The position numbers and the translations under genes were made by a program. Positions 1 to 10,620 of a stretch of DNA of 49,621 nt are shown one piece after another. The first letter of the stretch is position 1. Each line of letters begins with the position of its first letter. This DNA is from Actinomycetota bacterium. GTDB taxonomy: Bacteria > Desulfobacterota > Deferrimicrobia > Deferrimicrobiales > Deferrimicrobiaceae. The notes under the pieces were generated by a model. The model saw only the letters and a program-made list of their open reading frames with translations, had not been told where the DNA came from and did not search any database. The DNA lies in assembly GCA_050258195.1 (NCBI GenBank), contig JBLMYI010000017.1, forward strand, positions 1 to 49,621, read 5' to 3'.

Positions 1-1
1 G

Positions 2-994
2 ATCCGCCGCTTCAACCTGCGGACCGGCGACACCATCAGCGGCCAGATCCGCCCACCCAAGGAGGGCGAGCGCTACTTCGCCCTGATCAAGGTCGAGACG
101 GTCAACTTCGAGGACCCCGAGGTCGCCAAGGACAAGATCCTCTTCGACAACCTGACGCCGCTGTACGCCCACGAGAAGCTCAAGCTGGAGTACAACCCGA
201 AGGACTACTCGACCCGGATCATGGACCTGCTCTCGCCCATCGGGAAGGGCCAGCGCGGCCTGATCGTCGCGGCGCCCCGCACCGGCAAGACGATGCTGCT
301 GCAGTCGATCGCGAAGGCGATCGTCACGAACCACCCCGAGGTCTGGCTCATCGTGCTGCTCATCGACGAGCGGCCCGAGGAGGTGACCGACATGCAACGC
401 AGCGTCAAGGGCGAGGTCATCTCGTCGACCTTCGACGAGCCGGCGCAGCGGCACGTCCAGGTGGCCGAGATGGTGCTCGAGAAGGCGAAACGTCTCGTGG
501 AACACAAAAAGGACGTGGTCATCCTCCTGGACAGCATCACCCGCCTCGCGCGCGCCTACAACGCAGTCGTCCCTCCCTCCGGGAAGGTCCTTTCCGGCGG
601 GGTCGACGCGAACGCGCTGCAGAAGCCCAAGCGCTTCTTCGGGGCGGCCCGCAACATCGAGGAGGGCGGATCGCTCACGATCATCGCGACGGCGTTGATC
701 GAGACCGGCAGCCGGATGGACGAGGTGATCTTCGAAGAGTTCAAGGGGACCGGCAACATGGAGCTCGTCCTCGACCGGAAGATTTCCGAGAAGCGGATCT
801 TCCCGGCCATCGACATCAACAAGTCCGGCACGCGGAAGGAGGAGCTTCTCCTCGAGAAGAACCTCCTCCAGCGCGTCTGGATCCTGCGGAAGTTCCTCTC
901 CCCCCTGTCGCCGGCGGAGAGCATGGAGTTTCTCCTGGACAAGATCTCCAAGACCAAGACGAACAAGGAGTTCATCGAGTCGATGAACGCCTGA
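2..994 (+). CDS. rho: Transcription termination factor Rho (5' end lies outside the window)
   Basis: The reading frame is open from nt 2. It has the Walker A motif AAPRTGKT and Rho-typical segments ([48 protein letters not shown]). Stop at 992-994. Confidence 0.95.
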   Translation: MRRFNLRTGDTISGQIRPPKEGERYFALIKVETVNFEDPEVAKDKILFDNLTPLYAHEKLKLEYNPKDYSTRIMDLLSPIGKGQRGLIVAAPRTGKTMLLQSIAKAIVTNHPEVWLIVLLIDERPEEVTDMQRSVKGEVISSTFDEPAQRHVQVAEMVLEKAKRLVEHKKDVVILLDSITRLARAYNAVVPPSGKVLSGGVDANALQKPKRFFGAARNIEEGGSLTIIATALIETGSRMDEVIFEEFKGTGNMELVLDRKISEKRIFPAIDINKSGTRKEELLLEKNLLQRVWILRKFLSPLSPAESMEFLLDKISKTKTNKEFIESMNA

Positions 995-1017
995 AACGAC
1001 GGAAAGGAAACGGAACG

Positions 1018-1227
1018 ATGAAGGAAAATACGCACCCGAAGTACGTCACCGCGACCGTGAAGTGCGCCTGCGGGAACACCTTCGAGACGATGTCGGTCAC
1101 GGAGGAGATCAAGGTGGCCATCTGCTCCAACTGCCACCCGTTCTTCACGGGCAAGCAGAAGCTGATCGACACCGCCGGGCGGATCGAGAAGTTCGAGAAG
1201 AAGTACGGCACGGGAGCGAAGGCGTAG
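1018..1227 (+). CDS. rpmE: 50S ribosomal protein L31 (Cys-containing, zinc-binding type)
   Basis: 69 aa starting MKENTHPKY, with CxC...CxxC cysteines and [10 protein letters not shown] purine-rich RBS lies upstream. Confidence 0.95.
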   Translation: MKENTHPKYVTATVKCACGNTFETMSVTEEIKVAICSNCHPFFTGKQKLIDTAGRIEKFEKKYGTGAKA

Positions 1228-1243
1228 GGGGCCTCTTCCGGTC

Positions 1244-1945
1244 GTGAACGTATCTCTGCTCACGTGCACCCCCGAACCCGAGCGCGTCGTGGCGCTCGCG
1301 GCGCGGCTGTGCTACTCCCCCGCGTCGATCGACGAGCTCCGTGGGGAGATCTCCCGGAGGGACGCGAGGGATCTCGTCCGCCGGGTCCTTTCGATGGGGC
1401 ACGCCTCCGTCCTCGAGCACGTGACCCTCACGTACGGGGTGGAGGGGATCTCCCGCGCCGCCTCGCACCAGCTGGTCCGCCACCGCATCGCCTCGTATTC
1501 CCAGCAGAGCCAGCGCTACGTCGCCGCGAAGTTCGGGTACGTCACTCCCCCGACCGTCTCGGCCTCCCCCGCCCTGCTGGCCGGGTATGCGCGCCACATG
1601 GCGGCCTGCTCCCGGCTCTACGCGAAATTGTTGAAGGCCGGCGTCCCGCCGGAGGATGCGCGCTTCGCCCTTCCCAATGCGACGGAGACGAAGATCCTGA
1701 TCACGATGAACGCGCGGGAACTGCACCATTTCTTCTCCCTGCGGACGTGCCGGCGGGCGCAGTGGGAGATCCGGGAGATGGCGAAGCGGATGCTCTCGGC
1801 CGCGAGGGAACGGGCCCCGCTCCTGTTCGAGACGGCGGGTCCCGGCTGCGTCCGGGGCCGGTGCCCGGAAGGGAAGATGAGCTGCGGCAAGCCTGCGGAG
1901 GTGCGCCGGGAGATCGCGGCCCTCGGGAAGGGGGTCGGCGCCTGA
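1244..1945 (+). CDS. thyX: FAD-dependent thymidylate synthase ThyX
   Basis: Carries the ThyX signature RHRxxSxxxxSxR as [17 protein letters not shown] start. Size is typical for ThyX. Confidence 0.92.
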   Translation: MNVSLLTCTPEPERVVALAARLCYSPASIDELRGEISRRDARDLVRRVLSMGHASVLEHVTLTYGVEGISRAASHQLVRHRIASYSQQSQRYVAAKFGYVTPPTVSASPALLAGYARHMAACSRLYAKLLKAGVPPEDARFALPNATETKILITMNARELHHFFSLRTCRRAQWEIREMAKRMLSAARERAPLLFETAGPGCVRGRCPEGKMSCGKPAEVRREIAALGKGVGA

Positions 1946-2892
1946 TGCCCCCGGAACCTGCGGAGCTCGTCCTCGGCGGCCAGGCGGTCATCGAGGGCGT
2001 GATGATGAAGGGACCGCTGGCGTACGCGGTCGCGGTAAGGAAGGCCAGCGGGGAGATCCGGGTCCGGGACTTCCCCCTCGTGGAATCGGCGGCGAGGAAG
2101 CGGATCGCGAGCATCCCGCTGCTGCGCGGCGTGGTGACGATGGCGGCGATGCTGGCGATCGGGTACCGCGCCCTGCAATACTCGGCGGACGAGGCGATGG
2201 AGGACGCGGAAGGCGCTTCGGCGGCCGTGAAGGACAAGGGGAAAGGCGCTACGTCGGGGGGGATGGCCATGGCCGGCGCCATGGCGCTGGCGCTTCTCCT
2301 GGGGGTCGGCCTCTTTTTCCTGGTCCCGCTGTACGCGACCCATCTCCTGGCCGGCCTGGTCCCGGCCCTGCGGGGGTCGATCGCCTTCAACCTCGCGGAC
2401 GGGGCGATCCGGGTGCTGCTCTTCGTCCTGTACATCGTCGGGATCACGCGGATGAAGGACATCCGGAGGGTCTTCGAATACCACGGCGCGGAGCACAAGG
2501 TGATCAACGCCTACGAGGCGAAGGCGGACCTCACGCCCGAAGCGGTGCGGGAGCATCCGCGACTGCACCCGCGGTGCGGCACCAGCTTCCTCCTGTTCGT
2601 CATGGTGATCAGCATCCTCGTCTTCTCCCTCATCCCGAGGGAGAGCTCCCTGCTGGCGAAGGCGCTCCTGCGGCTTCCGCTGATCCCCGCGATCGCGGGA
2701 ATCTCCTACGAGGTGCTGCGGCTGTCGGCGAAGAAGGCCCGGTCCCCCTGGTTCCGGGCGCTCGTGGCGCCGGGGCTGTGGCTGCAGCGCTTGACCACCC
2801 GGGAGCCGGACCTGCCGCAGATCGAGGTGGCGATCGCATCGTTCCGGCGGGTGTCGGGGCCGCCGGGGTCGGAGGTCTCCCTTGTGGGATAA
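1945..2892 (+). CDS. DUF1385-family integral membrane protein
   Basis: The ATG overlaps the thyX stop (TGATG). Has the conserved [14 protein letters not shown] motif and several hydrophobic segments. It sits upstream of prfA/prmC, as is usual for this family. Confidence 0.85.
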   Translation: MPPEPAELVLGGQAVIEGVMMKGPLAYAVAVRKASGEIRVRDFPLVESAARKRIASIPLLRGVVTMAAMLAIGYRALQYSADEAMEDAEGASAAVKDKGKGATSGGMAMAGAMALALLLGVGLFFLVPLYATHLLAGLVPALRGSIAFNLADGAIRVLLFVLYIVGITRMKDIRRVFEYHGAEHKVINAYEAKADLTPEAVREHPRLHPRCGTSFLLFVMVISILVFSLIPRESSLLAKALLRLPLIPAIAGISYEVLRLSAKKARSPWFRALVAPGLWLQRLTTREPDLPQIEVAIASFRRVSGPPGSEVSLVG

Positions 2893-3949
2893 GCTCGAAT
2901 CGGTCGTGGCGCGGATTCCCGAACTGGAGCGGCAGCTGTCCGACCCGTCGGTCACGGGGAACCCGCGGGAGATGCAGCGGGTCGGGCGGGAGCTCTCCGA
3001 TCTGCGCCCGGTGGCGGCGGCCCACGCGCGATACCGGAGGATCGAGCAGGAGCTCGCCGACAACCGCGCCCTCCAGGACGGCGAGACCGATCCCGCGATG
3101 AAGGCGATGGTCCGCGAGGAGATCGACCGGCTGTCCCAGGAGAAGGATCGTCTCGCGGAGGAGATCCGCGCCCTGCTCGTCCCGAAGGACCCCAACGACG
3201 AAAAGAACATCCTGATCGAGATCCGCGCCGGCGCCGGGGGAGACGAGGCGTCCGCGTTCGCGGGGGAGCTCTTCCGGGCTTACGGGATGTATGCCGGCGC
3301 CAAGGGCTGGAAGGTCGAGATCCTCTCCCGCAGCGAAACCGGGCTGGGCGGCACCAAGGAAGTGATCGCCATGATCGAGGGGCGCGGGGCGTACAGCCGG
3401 CTGAAGTACGAAAGCGGCGTCCACCGGGTCCAGCGCGTTCCGGAGACGGAAGCGGGGGGGCGGATCCACACCTCCACGGTGACCGTGGCGGTGATGCCCG
3501 AGGCGGAAGAGGTGGACGTCCAGATCCAGCCGGACGACCTCCGGATCGACGTGTTCCGCTCCTCCGGGCCCGGTGGCCAGAGCGTCAACACCACCGACTC
3601 CGCGGTGCGCATTACGCACGTTCCCACGGGGCTCGTCGTCCAGTGCCAGGACGAGAAGTCCCAGCTGAAGAACAAGTCCAAGGCATTGAAGATCCTCCGC
3701 TCGCGACTCTACGACGCCGAGATGGCGAAACGCCAGTCCGAGCGGGCGGACCTGCGCCGCTCCCAGGTGGGGACCGGGGACCGAAGCGAACGCATCCGCA
3801 CCTACAATTTTCCCCAGAGCCGCGTGACCGACCACCGGATCGGGCTGACGGTGCACCAGCTCTCCTCGGTGCTCGACGGCGGGTTCGACCCCTTCATCGA
3901 CGCCCTGACGTCCCACGCCCAGGTCGAGGCGCTCCGCAAGACCGGCTGA
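2882..3949 (+). CDS. prfA: Peptide chain release factor 1
   Basis: GGQ motif ([19 protein letters not shown]) and an RF1-type PxT tripeptide (VPETE). TTG start overlaps the upstream gene by 11 nt. Confidence 0.95.
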   Translation: MWDKLESVVARIPELERQLSDPSVTGNPREMQRVGRELSDLRPVAAAHARYRRIEQELADNRALQDGETDPAMKAMVREEIDRLSQEKDRLAEEIRALLVPKDPNDEKNILIEIRAGAGGDEASAFAGELFRAYGMYAGAKGWKVEILSRSETGLGGTKEVIAMIEGRGAYSRLKYESGVHRVQRVPETEAGGRIHTSTVTVAVMPEAEEVDVQIQPDDLRIDVFRSSGPGGQSVNTTDSAVRITHVPTGLVVQCQDEKSQLKNKSKALKILRSRLYDAEMAKRQSERADLRRSQVGTGDRSERIRTYNFPQSRVTDHRIGLTVHQLSSVLDGGFDPFIDALTSHAQVEALRKTG

Positions 3950-3960
3950 CGAGGGTTTCG

Positions 3961-4830
3961 GTGCCCCCGACGATGCTGCTTTCGGAACTCCTCGCGATCT
4001 GCCGCCGGGAGATGGCGGCCGTGCGGGACGCCGCCCCCGGCGAAGCGGAGATCCTCGTCTCCGCGGTCACCGGGATCCCCCGGAGCCGGCTCTTTCTTTC
4101 GACGGGCGCCGACGTCGGCGACGCTCCGGCGCGGCTGTCCCCGCTGATCGCGCGTCGCAGGGGCGGCGAGCCGCTGCAGTACGTCCTCGGCGCATGGGAT
4201 TTTTTCGGAAGGGAGTTCCTGCTCTCCCCCGACACTCTCATCCCGCGTCCCGAGACGGAGGGGCTGGCGGAACGGGCGATCGCGGCCCTTCGCCGTTCCC
4301 CCATGAAGCGGCCCCTCGCGCTCGACGTGGGGACCGGGAGCGGGGCGATCGCGGTGACCCTCGCCGCGGAGGTTCCCGCCGCCCGCATCGTGGCCACGGA
4401 CATCTCGCCCGGCGCCCTGCGGATGGCGCGCGGGAACGCGGCGCGCCACGGCGTGGCGGACCGCGTCCTTCCCGTCTGCTGCGGCGTGCTTTCCGCCTTG
4501 AAATGCGGGGGCCGTTTTGCTGTAGTGGTCTCGAACCCTCCGTACGTCGCCGAGGGGGAGTGGCCCCTCCTGGCGCCGGAGGTGCGCGACCACGAGCCGC
4601 CGGGGGCTTTTCTCGCCGGCCGGGACGGCCTGTCGGTTCTGCGGCCCCTGGTCGCCGGCGCCGCCGCGATCCTGTCGCACGGCGGGGAGCTGTGGTGCGA
4701 GATCGGCGCTTCGCAGGGGGAGGCGGTGTTCTCGCTGCCGTGCGGTTCCCTGCGGCCGCTGGGGGTCTTTCCGGACCTCGCGGGGAGGGACCGGTACGTC
4801 GGCTGGGAAATGCCCGGACGGGAGCGCTGA
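3961..4830 (+). CDS. prmC: Release factor glutamine N5-methyltransferase
   Basis: NPPY motif (VVSNPPYV) and SAM-binding segment LDVGTGSGAIA. GTG at 3961 is preceded by GAGGG; an alternative ATG lies at 3973. Confidence 0.9.
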   Translation: MPPTMLLSELLAICRREMAAVRDAAPGEAEILVSAVTGIPRSRLFLSTGADVGDAPARLSPLIARRRGGEPLQYVLGAWDFFGREFLLSPDTLIPRPETEGLAERAIAALRRSPMKRPLALDVGTGSGAIAVTLAAEVPAARIVATDISPGALRMARGNAARHGVADRVLPVCCGVLSALKCGGRFAVVVSNPPYVAEGEWPLLAPEVRDHEPPGAFLAGRDGLSVLRPLVAGAAAILSHGGELWCEIGASQGEAVFSLPCGSLRPLGVFPDLAGRDRYVGWEMPGRER

Positions 4831-4832
4831 CA

Positions 4833-6101
4833 CTGGAAATCTTCGTCATCAAGGGGGGCAGGCGGCTTTCGGGGGCGTGCCGCGTCTCCGGCGCGAAGAA
4901 CGCGGTGCTGCCGGAGATGGCGGCGTCGCTCCTCGCCGAGGGGCCGGTGGAGATCGTCGGAACGCCGCGGCTGCGGGACATCGCCACGTTCGCGAAGCTC
5001 CTCGGGATCCTCGGCGCGGAGGTTGCGCACGCCGGCGGCGAGGACGGGCGCGGGGTGTTGCGGATCACGCCCGGGGACGCCAAGAACGCCGAGGCGCCCT
5101 ACGAACTGGTGAAGACGATGCGCGCCTCGGTCCTGGTCCTCGGGCCGCTGCTCGCCAGGTACGGACGGGCCCGGATCTCCCTTCCCGGCGGGTGCGCGAT
5201 CGGCGCCCGCCCGATCGACCAGCACCTGCGGGGCCTGGAGCTCATGGGGGCGAGGACCTCCCTCGCCGAGGGGTACATCGAGGCGTCGGCGGATCGCCTC
5301 TCGGGCGCGGCCGTCACCTTCGACATGAAGACCGTCACAGGGACGGAGAACCTGATGATGGCCGCCTCCCTCGCGGAGGGGACGACCGTCCTTTCGAACG
5401 CGGCGCAGGAGCCCGAGGTGTGCGACCTCGCGCGGCTGCTGCGCGCCATGGGGGCCGACATCGAGGGGGAAGGCACCGACGAGATCGTTGTCCGGGGCGT
5501 CCGCTCCCTTCATGGGGCGCGGCACGAAGTGATGGCGGACCGGATCGAGGCGGCGACGCTGCTTCTCGCCGGCGCGATCACGGGCGGGGACGTGACGGCG
5601 CTGGGCGCGGACGCGTCGTCGATGAACGCCGTCGTCGAAAAGCTCCGGAGGTCCGGGGCCGACGTGGACCCCGTCCCCGGAGGGGTGCGCATCACCAGGA
5701 AGCGGCCGATCCGCTCCGTGAACGTCAAGACCTCTCCGTACCCCGGGTTTCCCACGGACGTGCAGGCGCAGTTCATGGCCTACATGTGCCTGGGGGACGG
5801 GTTCAGCATCATTTCCGAAACGATCTTCGAGAACCGGTTCATGCACGTGGCCGAGCTGCGGCGGATGGGAGCGAGGATCGACGTTTCGGGGAACACCGCC
5901 GCGGTGAAGGGGGTCCCGGCGCTTTCGGGGGCGCCGCTGATGGCGACCGACCTGCGGGCCTCGGCGTCGCTGGTGCTGGCGGGGCTGGCCGCGTCCGGGA
6001 CGACCGAGGTGCTCCGGATCTACCACCTGGACCGCGGGTACGAGGCGCTGGAACACAGGCTCTCCTCCCTGGGCGCCGACATCGCCCGGGTGAAGGAATA
6101 G
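4833..6101 (+). CDS. murA: UDP-N-acetylglucosamine 1-carboxyvinyltransferase (start codon non-canonical or uncertain)
   Basis: [10 protein letters not shown]-terminal motif and active-site [13 protein letters not shown]. There is no ATG, GTG or TTG in frame at the expected N-terminus. CTG at 4833 lies 8 nt after GGGAG. Confidence 0.88.
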   Translation: MEIFVIKGGRRLSGACRVSGAKNAVLPEMAASLLAEGPVEIVGTPRLRDIATFAKLLGILGAEVAHAGGEDGRGVLRITPGDAKNAEAPYELVKTMRASVLVLGPLLARYGRARISLPGGCAIGARPIDQHLRGLELMGARTSLAEGYIEASADRLSGAAVTFDMKTVTGTENLMMAASLAEGTTVLSNAAQEPEVCDLARLLRAMGADIEGEGTDEIVVRGVRSLHGARHEVMADRIEAATLLLAGAITGGDVTALGADASSMNAVVEKLRRSGADVDPVPGGVRITRKRPIRSVNVKTSPYPGFPTDVQAQFMAYMCLGDGFSIISETIFENRFMHVAELRRMGARIDVSGNTAAVKGVPALSGAPLMATDLRASASLVLAGLAASGTTEVLRIYHLDRGYEALEHRLSSLGADIARVKE

Positions 6102-6113
6102 GAGGCGGGACGC

Positions 6114-7409
6114 ATGCGGTGGCACCGGTCGGGAACGGCGGGATTCCGGGAGGCGCTCGGAAGGGCGGAGGCCCGCGGCTCCGCCGGCGCGGAGAAGGTG
6201 TCCGCGGTCGTCGGGGAAATCCTGCGGAAGGTCCGGGAAGGCGGCGACGCGGCGCTGGCGGAGTACACGCGGCGGTTCGACCGGTTCGACCCCGGCAAAA
6301 GGGGGTTCGCCGTTCCGCCGAGGGAGATCGAAGCGGCGTGGCGACGCGTTCCGGCGCCGCTGCTGCGGTCCCTCGAGCTGGCGGCGGAGCGGATCGAGGC
6401 GTTTCACCTGCGCCAGGTCGAGGGCGGGTTCGGGATCTCCCTCTCCGGGGCGACCCTCGGCCAGCGGGTCCTGCCGGTCTCCCGCGCCGGGGTATACGTG
6501 CCCGGCGGGAAGGCGGCGTATCCGTCGACCCTGCTGATGAACGCCCTTCCCGCCCGCGTGGCGGGGGTCCCCGAGGTTGTCGCGGCGTGCTCCGCCCCCG
6601 GCGGAAAGGTCCCGGATGTCGTGCTGGCGGCCGCGCGGATCGCCGGGGTTTCCGTGGTGTACCGCATCGGCGGCGCGCAGGCGATCGCCGCGCTCGCCTA
6701 CGGGACGGAGTCCGTCCCGCGCGTCGACGTGATCTCGGGTCCCGGCAACGCCTACGTCACCGAAGCCAAGCGCCGGGTTTTCGGCTCCGTCGGGATCGAC
6801 ATGCTCGCGGGGCCGAGCGAGCTGGTGGTGCTCGCGGACCGTACCGCGAATCCCGCCTGGGTCGCGGCGGACCTTCTCTCCCAGGCGGAGCACGACGAGG
6901 ATGCCTTCGTGGCGCTGGCGACGGATTCGCGCGATCTCGCCGCGGCGGTGGAGCGCGAACTCGTGCGGCAGGCGCGCTCCCTTCCGCGCCGCGGCATCCT
7001 GCGGGAGTCCCTGACCCGCGCGGAGGGTTTTCTGACGCGTTCCCTCCGGGAGACGGTGGAGGTCGTCAACCGGCTTGCGCCGGAGCACCTGAGCATCGTC
7101 ACCCGGGACCCGTGGAAGGACTTTTCCGGGATCCGCAACGCGGGCACGGTGTTTCTGGGCGCCTTCAGCCCGGTAGCCGTGGGGGACTATGTCGCCGGGA
7201 TCAATCACACCCTCCCGACCGGCGGTGCGTCCCGCTTTTCATCCCCCCTCGGAGTTGCCGATTTCCTCAAGAAAATTAACGTGGTATCATATGACGTTTC
7301 AGCGCTCCGGTCCGATGCGCCGCACGTCGTGCGGCTGGCCCGGAAGGAGGGACTTGCCGCGCACGCGCAGGCGGTCCTGCTGCGCACCCGGGGGAGGGGG
7401 AAGCGGTGA
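6114..7409 (+). CDS. hisD: Histidinol dehydrogenase
   Basis: 431 aa with HisD-typical segments ([29 protein letters not shown]). First gene of the his block. Confidence 0.93.
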   Translation: MRWHRSGTAGFREALGRAEARGSAGAEKVSAVVGEILRKVREGGDAALAEYTRRFDRFDPGKRGFAVPPREIEAAWRRVPAPLLRSLELAAERIEAFHLRQVEGGFGISLSGATLGQRVLPVSRAGVYVPGGKAAYPSTLLMNALPARVAGVPEVVAACSAPGGKVPDVVLAAARIAGVSVVYRIGGAQAIAALAYGTESVPRVDVISGPGNAYVTEAKRRVFGSVGIDMLAGPSELVVLADRTANPAWVAADLLSQAEHDEDAFVALATDSRDLAAAVERELVRQARSLPRRGILRESLTRAEGFLTRSLRETVEVVNRLAPEHLSIVTRDPWKDFSGIRNAGTVFLGAFSPVAVGDYVAGINHTLPTGGASRFSSPLGVADFLKKINVVSYDVSALRSDAPHVVRLARKEGLAAHAQAVLLRTRGRGKR

Positions 7410-7999
7410 TGAACCGGGAAGGCCAGGTCGAGCGGACGACGAAAGAGACCCGGATCAAGCTCTCCCTGCGGCTCTCGGGGGACGGATCGGGAAAGATCGG
7501 CACGGGTGTTCCTTTTCTCGACCACATGCTGACGCTCTTCTCGCGTCACGGGCTGTTCGACCTTACGATTACCGCGAAAGGCGACGTCGAGGTCGACTTC
7601 CACCACGTCGTGGAGGACGTGGGGATCTGCCTCGGCGATGCGTTCCGCCGCGCCCTCGGGGACATGAAGGGGATCCGCCGGTACGGTCACGCGGTCGTGC
7701 CGATGATCGAGGCGCTGGCGGCCGTGACGGTGGACGTTTCGGCGCGACCGCACCTGGTCTACAATTCCCCTCTCGGGAACGAGAAGGTGGGGACGTTCGA
7801 CGTCGAGCTGGTGGAAGAGTTCCTGCGGGCGTTCGCGCAGTCGTCGGGCATCTGCCTGCACGTGAACGTGGCGTACGGGTCGAACGCGCACCACACCATC
7901 GAAGCCGTCTTCAAGGCGCTCGGGCGCGCCATGTCGACGGCGGTGGAGATCGATCCGCGCATCAAGGGCGTTCCCTCCACGAAGGGCATTCTCGGTTGA
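7406..7999 (+). CDS. hisB: Imidazoleglycerol-phosphate dehydratase (monofunctional short form)
   Basis: 197 aa with FLDHML and HHxxE motifs and no phosphatase domain. The start overlaps the hisD stop. Confidence 0.93.
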   Translation: MMNREGQVERTTKETRIKLSLRLSGDGSGKIGTGVPFLDHMLTLFSRHGLFDLTITAKGDVEVDFHHVVEDVGICLGDAFRRALGDMKGIRRYGHAVVPMIEALAAVTVDVSARPHLVYNSPLGNEKVGTFDVELVEEFLRAFAQSSGICLHVNVAYGSNAHHTIEAVFKALGRAMSTAVEIDPRIKGVPSTKGILG

Positions 8000-8012
8000 C
8001 AAGGCGCGCTTC

Positions 8013-8666
8013 ATGAGGCGGGGAGCCGCCATCGGTGTCGTGGACTACGGGATGGGGAATCTGCGCAGCGTGAGCAAGGCCCTCGAATCCCTCGGTTTTC
8101 CGACGCTGGTCAGCGGAGACGCGAAGGCCCTTTCCACCTGCCGGGGGATCGTTTTTCCCGGGGTGGGGGCGTTCCGCGACTGCATGGGGAACGTGGCGCG
8201 CCAGGGGTTGCTGCCGTTCCTCCGGGAATACCTCGCGTCCGACCGGCCGTTCCTCGGCATCTGCGTGGGGATGCAGCTGCTCTTCTCCGCGAGCGAGGAG
8301 TTCGGCCGCCACGAGGGGATCGGCTTCTTCCGCGGAAACGTGGTCCGGTTTCCCGGGGACATGCCGGACCGGGACGGGGGTGTGCTCAAGGTGCCGCACA
8401 TGGGGTGGAACGAGGTGGAAGTGGTCGGCGATCCCCCTGTCCTCCGCGGGATCCCCTCGGGGACGTACTTCTACTTCGTGCACTCCTACTATGCTGCGCC
8501 GGAAGATCCCGGGGACGTGGCGTGCCGTTCGTCGTACGGGGTGCCGTTCGCCGCCGCGGTGGGCCGGGGAAACCGCCTCGCCGTCCAGTTCCACCCCGAG
8601 AAGAGCCAGGCCGCGGGCCTGCGGCTCCTCGGGAACTTCGGCCGCCTTTGCGCGGAAGCCGCATAG
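8013..8666 (+). CDS. hisH: Imidazole glycerol phosphate synthase, glutamine amidotransferase subunit
   Basis: Class I GATase features: GICVGMQLL nucleophile elbow, [11 protein letters not shown] and FHPEKS. Confidence 0.93.
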   Translation: MRRGAAIGVVDYGMGNLRSVSKALESLGFPTLVSGDAKALSTCRGIVFPGVGAFRDCMGNVARQGLLPFLREYLASDRPFLGICVGMQLLFSASEEFGRHEGIGFFRGNVVRFPGDMPDRDGGVLKVPHMGWNEVEVVGDPPVLRGIPSGTYFYFVHSYYAAPEDPGDVACRSSYGVPFAAAVGRGNRLAVQFHPEKSQAAGLRLLGNFGRLCAEAA

Positions 8667-8684
8667 GCACTGAAAGGGATCATC

Positions 8685-9416
8685 GTGCCGTTCCAGGTCA
8701 TACCGGCGATCGACATCCAGGGCGGGAAGGCGGTCCGGCTTCGCCAGGGCCGCGCCGAGGACTCCACGGTCTTCTCGGACTCCCCGATGGACGTGGCCCG
8801 CAGGTTCGTCGCCGAGGGGGCGTCCAGCCTCCACGTGGTGGACCTGGACGGGGCGTTCCTCGGCAGGCCCGTGAACGCGGAGATCATCTGCCGCATCGCC
8901 TCCGGGGCGGGCGTGCCGGTCCAGGTGGGAGGCGGGGTACGGAATTACGATTCGGCGTCCCGGTACTTCGCCGCGGGCGTCTCCCGAGTGATCCTGGGAA
9001 CCTCGATCGTGCGCAGCCCCGAGGAGGTCACCCGGATCACCCGCGCCTATCCCGGGAAGGTGGCCGCGGGGATCGACGCGCGCGACGGTCGCGTGGCGAT
9101 CCGCGGATGGGTCGAGGTGACGGGCGTCATCGCGGTGGAGCTCGCGCGCCAGATCGAGCAGGGCGGCGTCTCCTGCTTCGTCTACACCGACATCGCGCGC
9201 GACGGGATGATGGTGGGCCCCAACTTCGACGCCATCCGCGATTTCGCGAACGGCGTCTCCACCCCGGTGATCGCCTCCGGGGGCGTGTCCACCCTCGACG
9301 ACCTGCGCAGGCTCAAGGCGATGGAAGGCGAAGGGGTGGCGGGCGCGATCATCGGCCGGGCCCTGTACGACGGCTCGATCGACCTGGACGAGGCGCTGAA
9401 GGTGGAACGGGAATAG
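8685..9416 (+). CDS. hisA: ProFAR isomerase HisA
   Basis: (beta/alpha)8 HisA pattern ([29 protein letters not shown]). GTG start. Confidence 0.92.
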   Translation: MPFQVIPAIDIQGGKAVRLRQGRAEDSTVFSDSPMDVARRFVAEGASSLHVVDLDGAFLGRPVNAEIICRIASGAGVPVQVGGGVRNYDSASRYFAAGVSRVILGTSIVRSPEEVTRITRAYPGKVAAGIDARDGRVAIRGWVEVTGVIAVELARQIEQGGVSCFVYTDIARDGMMVGPNFDAIRDFANGVSTPVIASGGVSTLDDLRRLKAMEGEGVAGAIIGRALYDGSIDLDEALKVERE

Positions 9417-9429
9417 GGTCTGCCCGGGA

Positions 9430-10218
9430 ATGCTGGCCAAGCGGATCATCCCGTGCCTGGACGTGAAGGACGGCCGCGTCGTCAAGGGGGTCCGGTTCGT
9501 GGAGCTGCGGGACGCCGGAGACCCGGTGGAGATCGCCAGGCGGTACGACCGCGAAGAGGCGGACGAGCTCGTATTTCTCGATATCACGGCGTCCCACGAG
9601 AAGCGGGACATCCTCATCGACGTCGTCCGGAAGACGGCGGAGCAGGTCTTCATGCCGCTCACCGTGGGCGGCGGGATCCGCACGATCGAGGACATCCGGA
9701 GCCTGCTGCTCGCGGGGGCCGACAAGGTGTCGATCAACACGGCCGCCGTCGCCGATCCCGACTTCGTCCGCCGCGCGGCCGAGCGGTTCGGGAGCCAGTG
9801 CACGGTGGTGGCGATCGACGCCCGTGCGGTGCCGGGACGACCCGGCGAGTGGGAAGTGTACACGCACGGCGGCCGCACGCCCACGGGCCTCGACGCGGTG
9901 GCGTGGGCCCGGAGGATGGACGCGTCCGGCTCGGGCGAGATCCTGCTGACCAGCATGGACCGCGACGGCACCCGGGACGGCTACGACATCCCGTTGACGC
10001 GCGCCATCGCCGACGCGGTCCGCATCCCCGTGATCGCCTCGGGCGGGGTGGGGACCCTCGCGCACCTGCTGGAAGGGGTGACGTCGGGGGGGGCCGACGC
10101 GGTGCTCGCGGCCTCGATCTTCCACTACGGGGAGCACACCGTGGGGGAGGCGAAGGAGTATCTCCGGCGCCACGGCGTGCACGTGCGGCCCGCCGCGGGC
10201 CGAGGGGGACATACTTGA
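9430..10218 (+). CDS. hisF: Imidazole glycerol phosphate synthase, cyclase subunit
   Basis: [25 protein letters not shown] and VIASGG motifs. Confidence 0.95.
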   Translation: MLAKRIIPCLDVKDGRVVKGVRFVELRDAGDPVEIARRYDREEADELVFLDITASHEKRDILIDVVRKTAEQVFMPLTVGGGIRTIEDIRSLLLAGADKVSINTAAVADPDFVRRAAERFGSQCTVVAIDARAVPGRPGEWEVYTHGGRTPTGLDAVAWARRMDASGSGEILLTSMDRDGTRDGYDIPLTRAIADAVRIPVIASGGVGTLAHLLEGVTSGGADAVLAASIFHYGEHTVGEAKEYLRRHGVHVRPAAGRGGHT

Positions 10219-10266
10219 TCTGTTGGGGGACGAAGGGGAAGTATGTCACCTCCCAGGAGGGGTAGG

Positions 10267-10620
10267 ATGACGGCGGACGAGTTGATCGGCCAGGTGAAGT
10301 TCGACGACCGGGGGCTGGTCCCGGTCGTCACGCAGGACGTGAGCGACAACGCGGTCCTCATGGTGGCGTGGGCGAACGCCGATGCGATCCGGAACACCTT
10401 CTCCGGCGGGCACGCGACCTACTGGAGCCGTTCCAGGAAATCCCTCTGGGTGAAGGGCGAAACGTCGGGCCACTTCCAGGAGGTGGAGGAGATCCTCTAC
10501 GACTGCGACGTCGACACGCTCCTGTACCGCGTCCGGCAGCAGGGCGCCGCGTGCCACACGGGGGAACGGACGTGCTTTTACCGCAGTGCATACCGCCGAG
10601 GGGGAGAATCGAATGAGTGA
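10267..10620 (+). CDS. hisI: Phosphoribosyl-AMP cyclohydrolase (monofunctional, no HisE domain)
   Basis: [21 protein letters not shown] and CHTGERTCF motifs. AGGAGG lies 7 nt upstream of ATG 10267. The ORF track also offers ATG 10243. Confidence 0.9.
   Translation: MTADELIGQVKFDDRGLVPVVTQDVSDNAVLMVAWANADAIRNTFSGGHATYWSRSRKSLWVKGETSGHFQEVEEILYDCDVDTLLYRVRQQGAACHTGERTCFYRSAYRRGGESNE

Noticed and set aside
3894-7208. 1104-aa ORF on the - strand spanning prmC, murA and hisD. Similar very long antisense ORFs occur at 31988-35074, 13168-15342, 7962-9971, 27133-29217 and 21862-23766.
   Set aside because: They lie exactly antisense to genes with unmistakable conserved motifs. Their translations are Arg/Pro/Gly/Ala-rich low-complexity strings with no recognisable domains. 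Such stop-free shadow frames are expected in GC-rich DNA with high GC3.
4877-7279. Long alternative-frame + strand ORFs: 4877-7279 (800 aa), 21190-22179 (the part upstream of murE), 25349-26161, 33901-35046 and 15528-16727.
   Set aside because: These are out-of-frame read-throughs, or N-terminal extensions of real genes through the preceding gene. The true starts are fixed by conserved N-termini and RBS/overlap signals. The extensions translate to Arg/Gly/Pro-rich sequence with no recognisable motifs.
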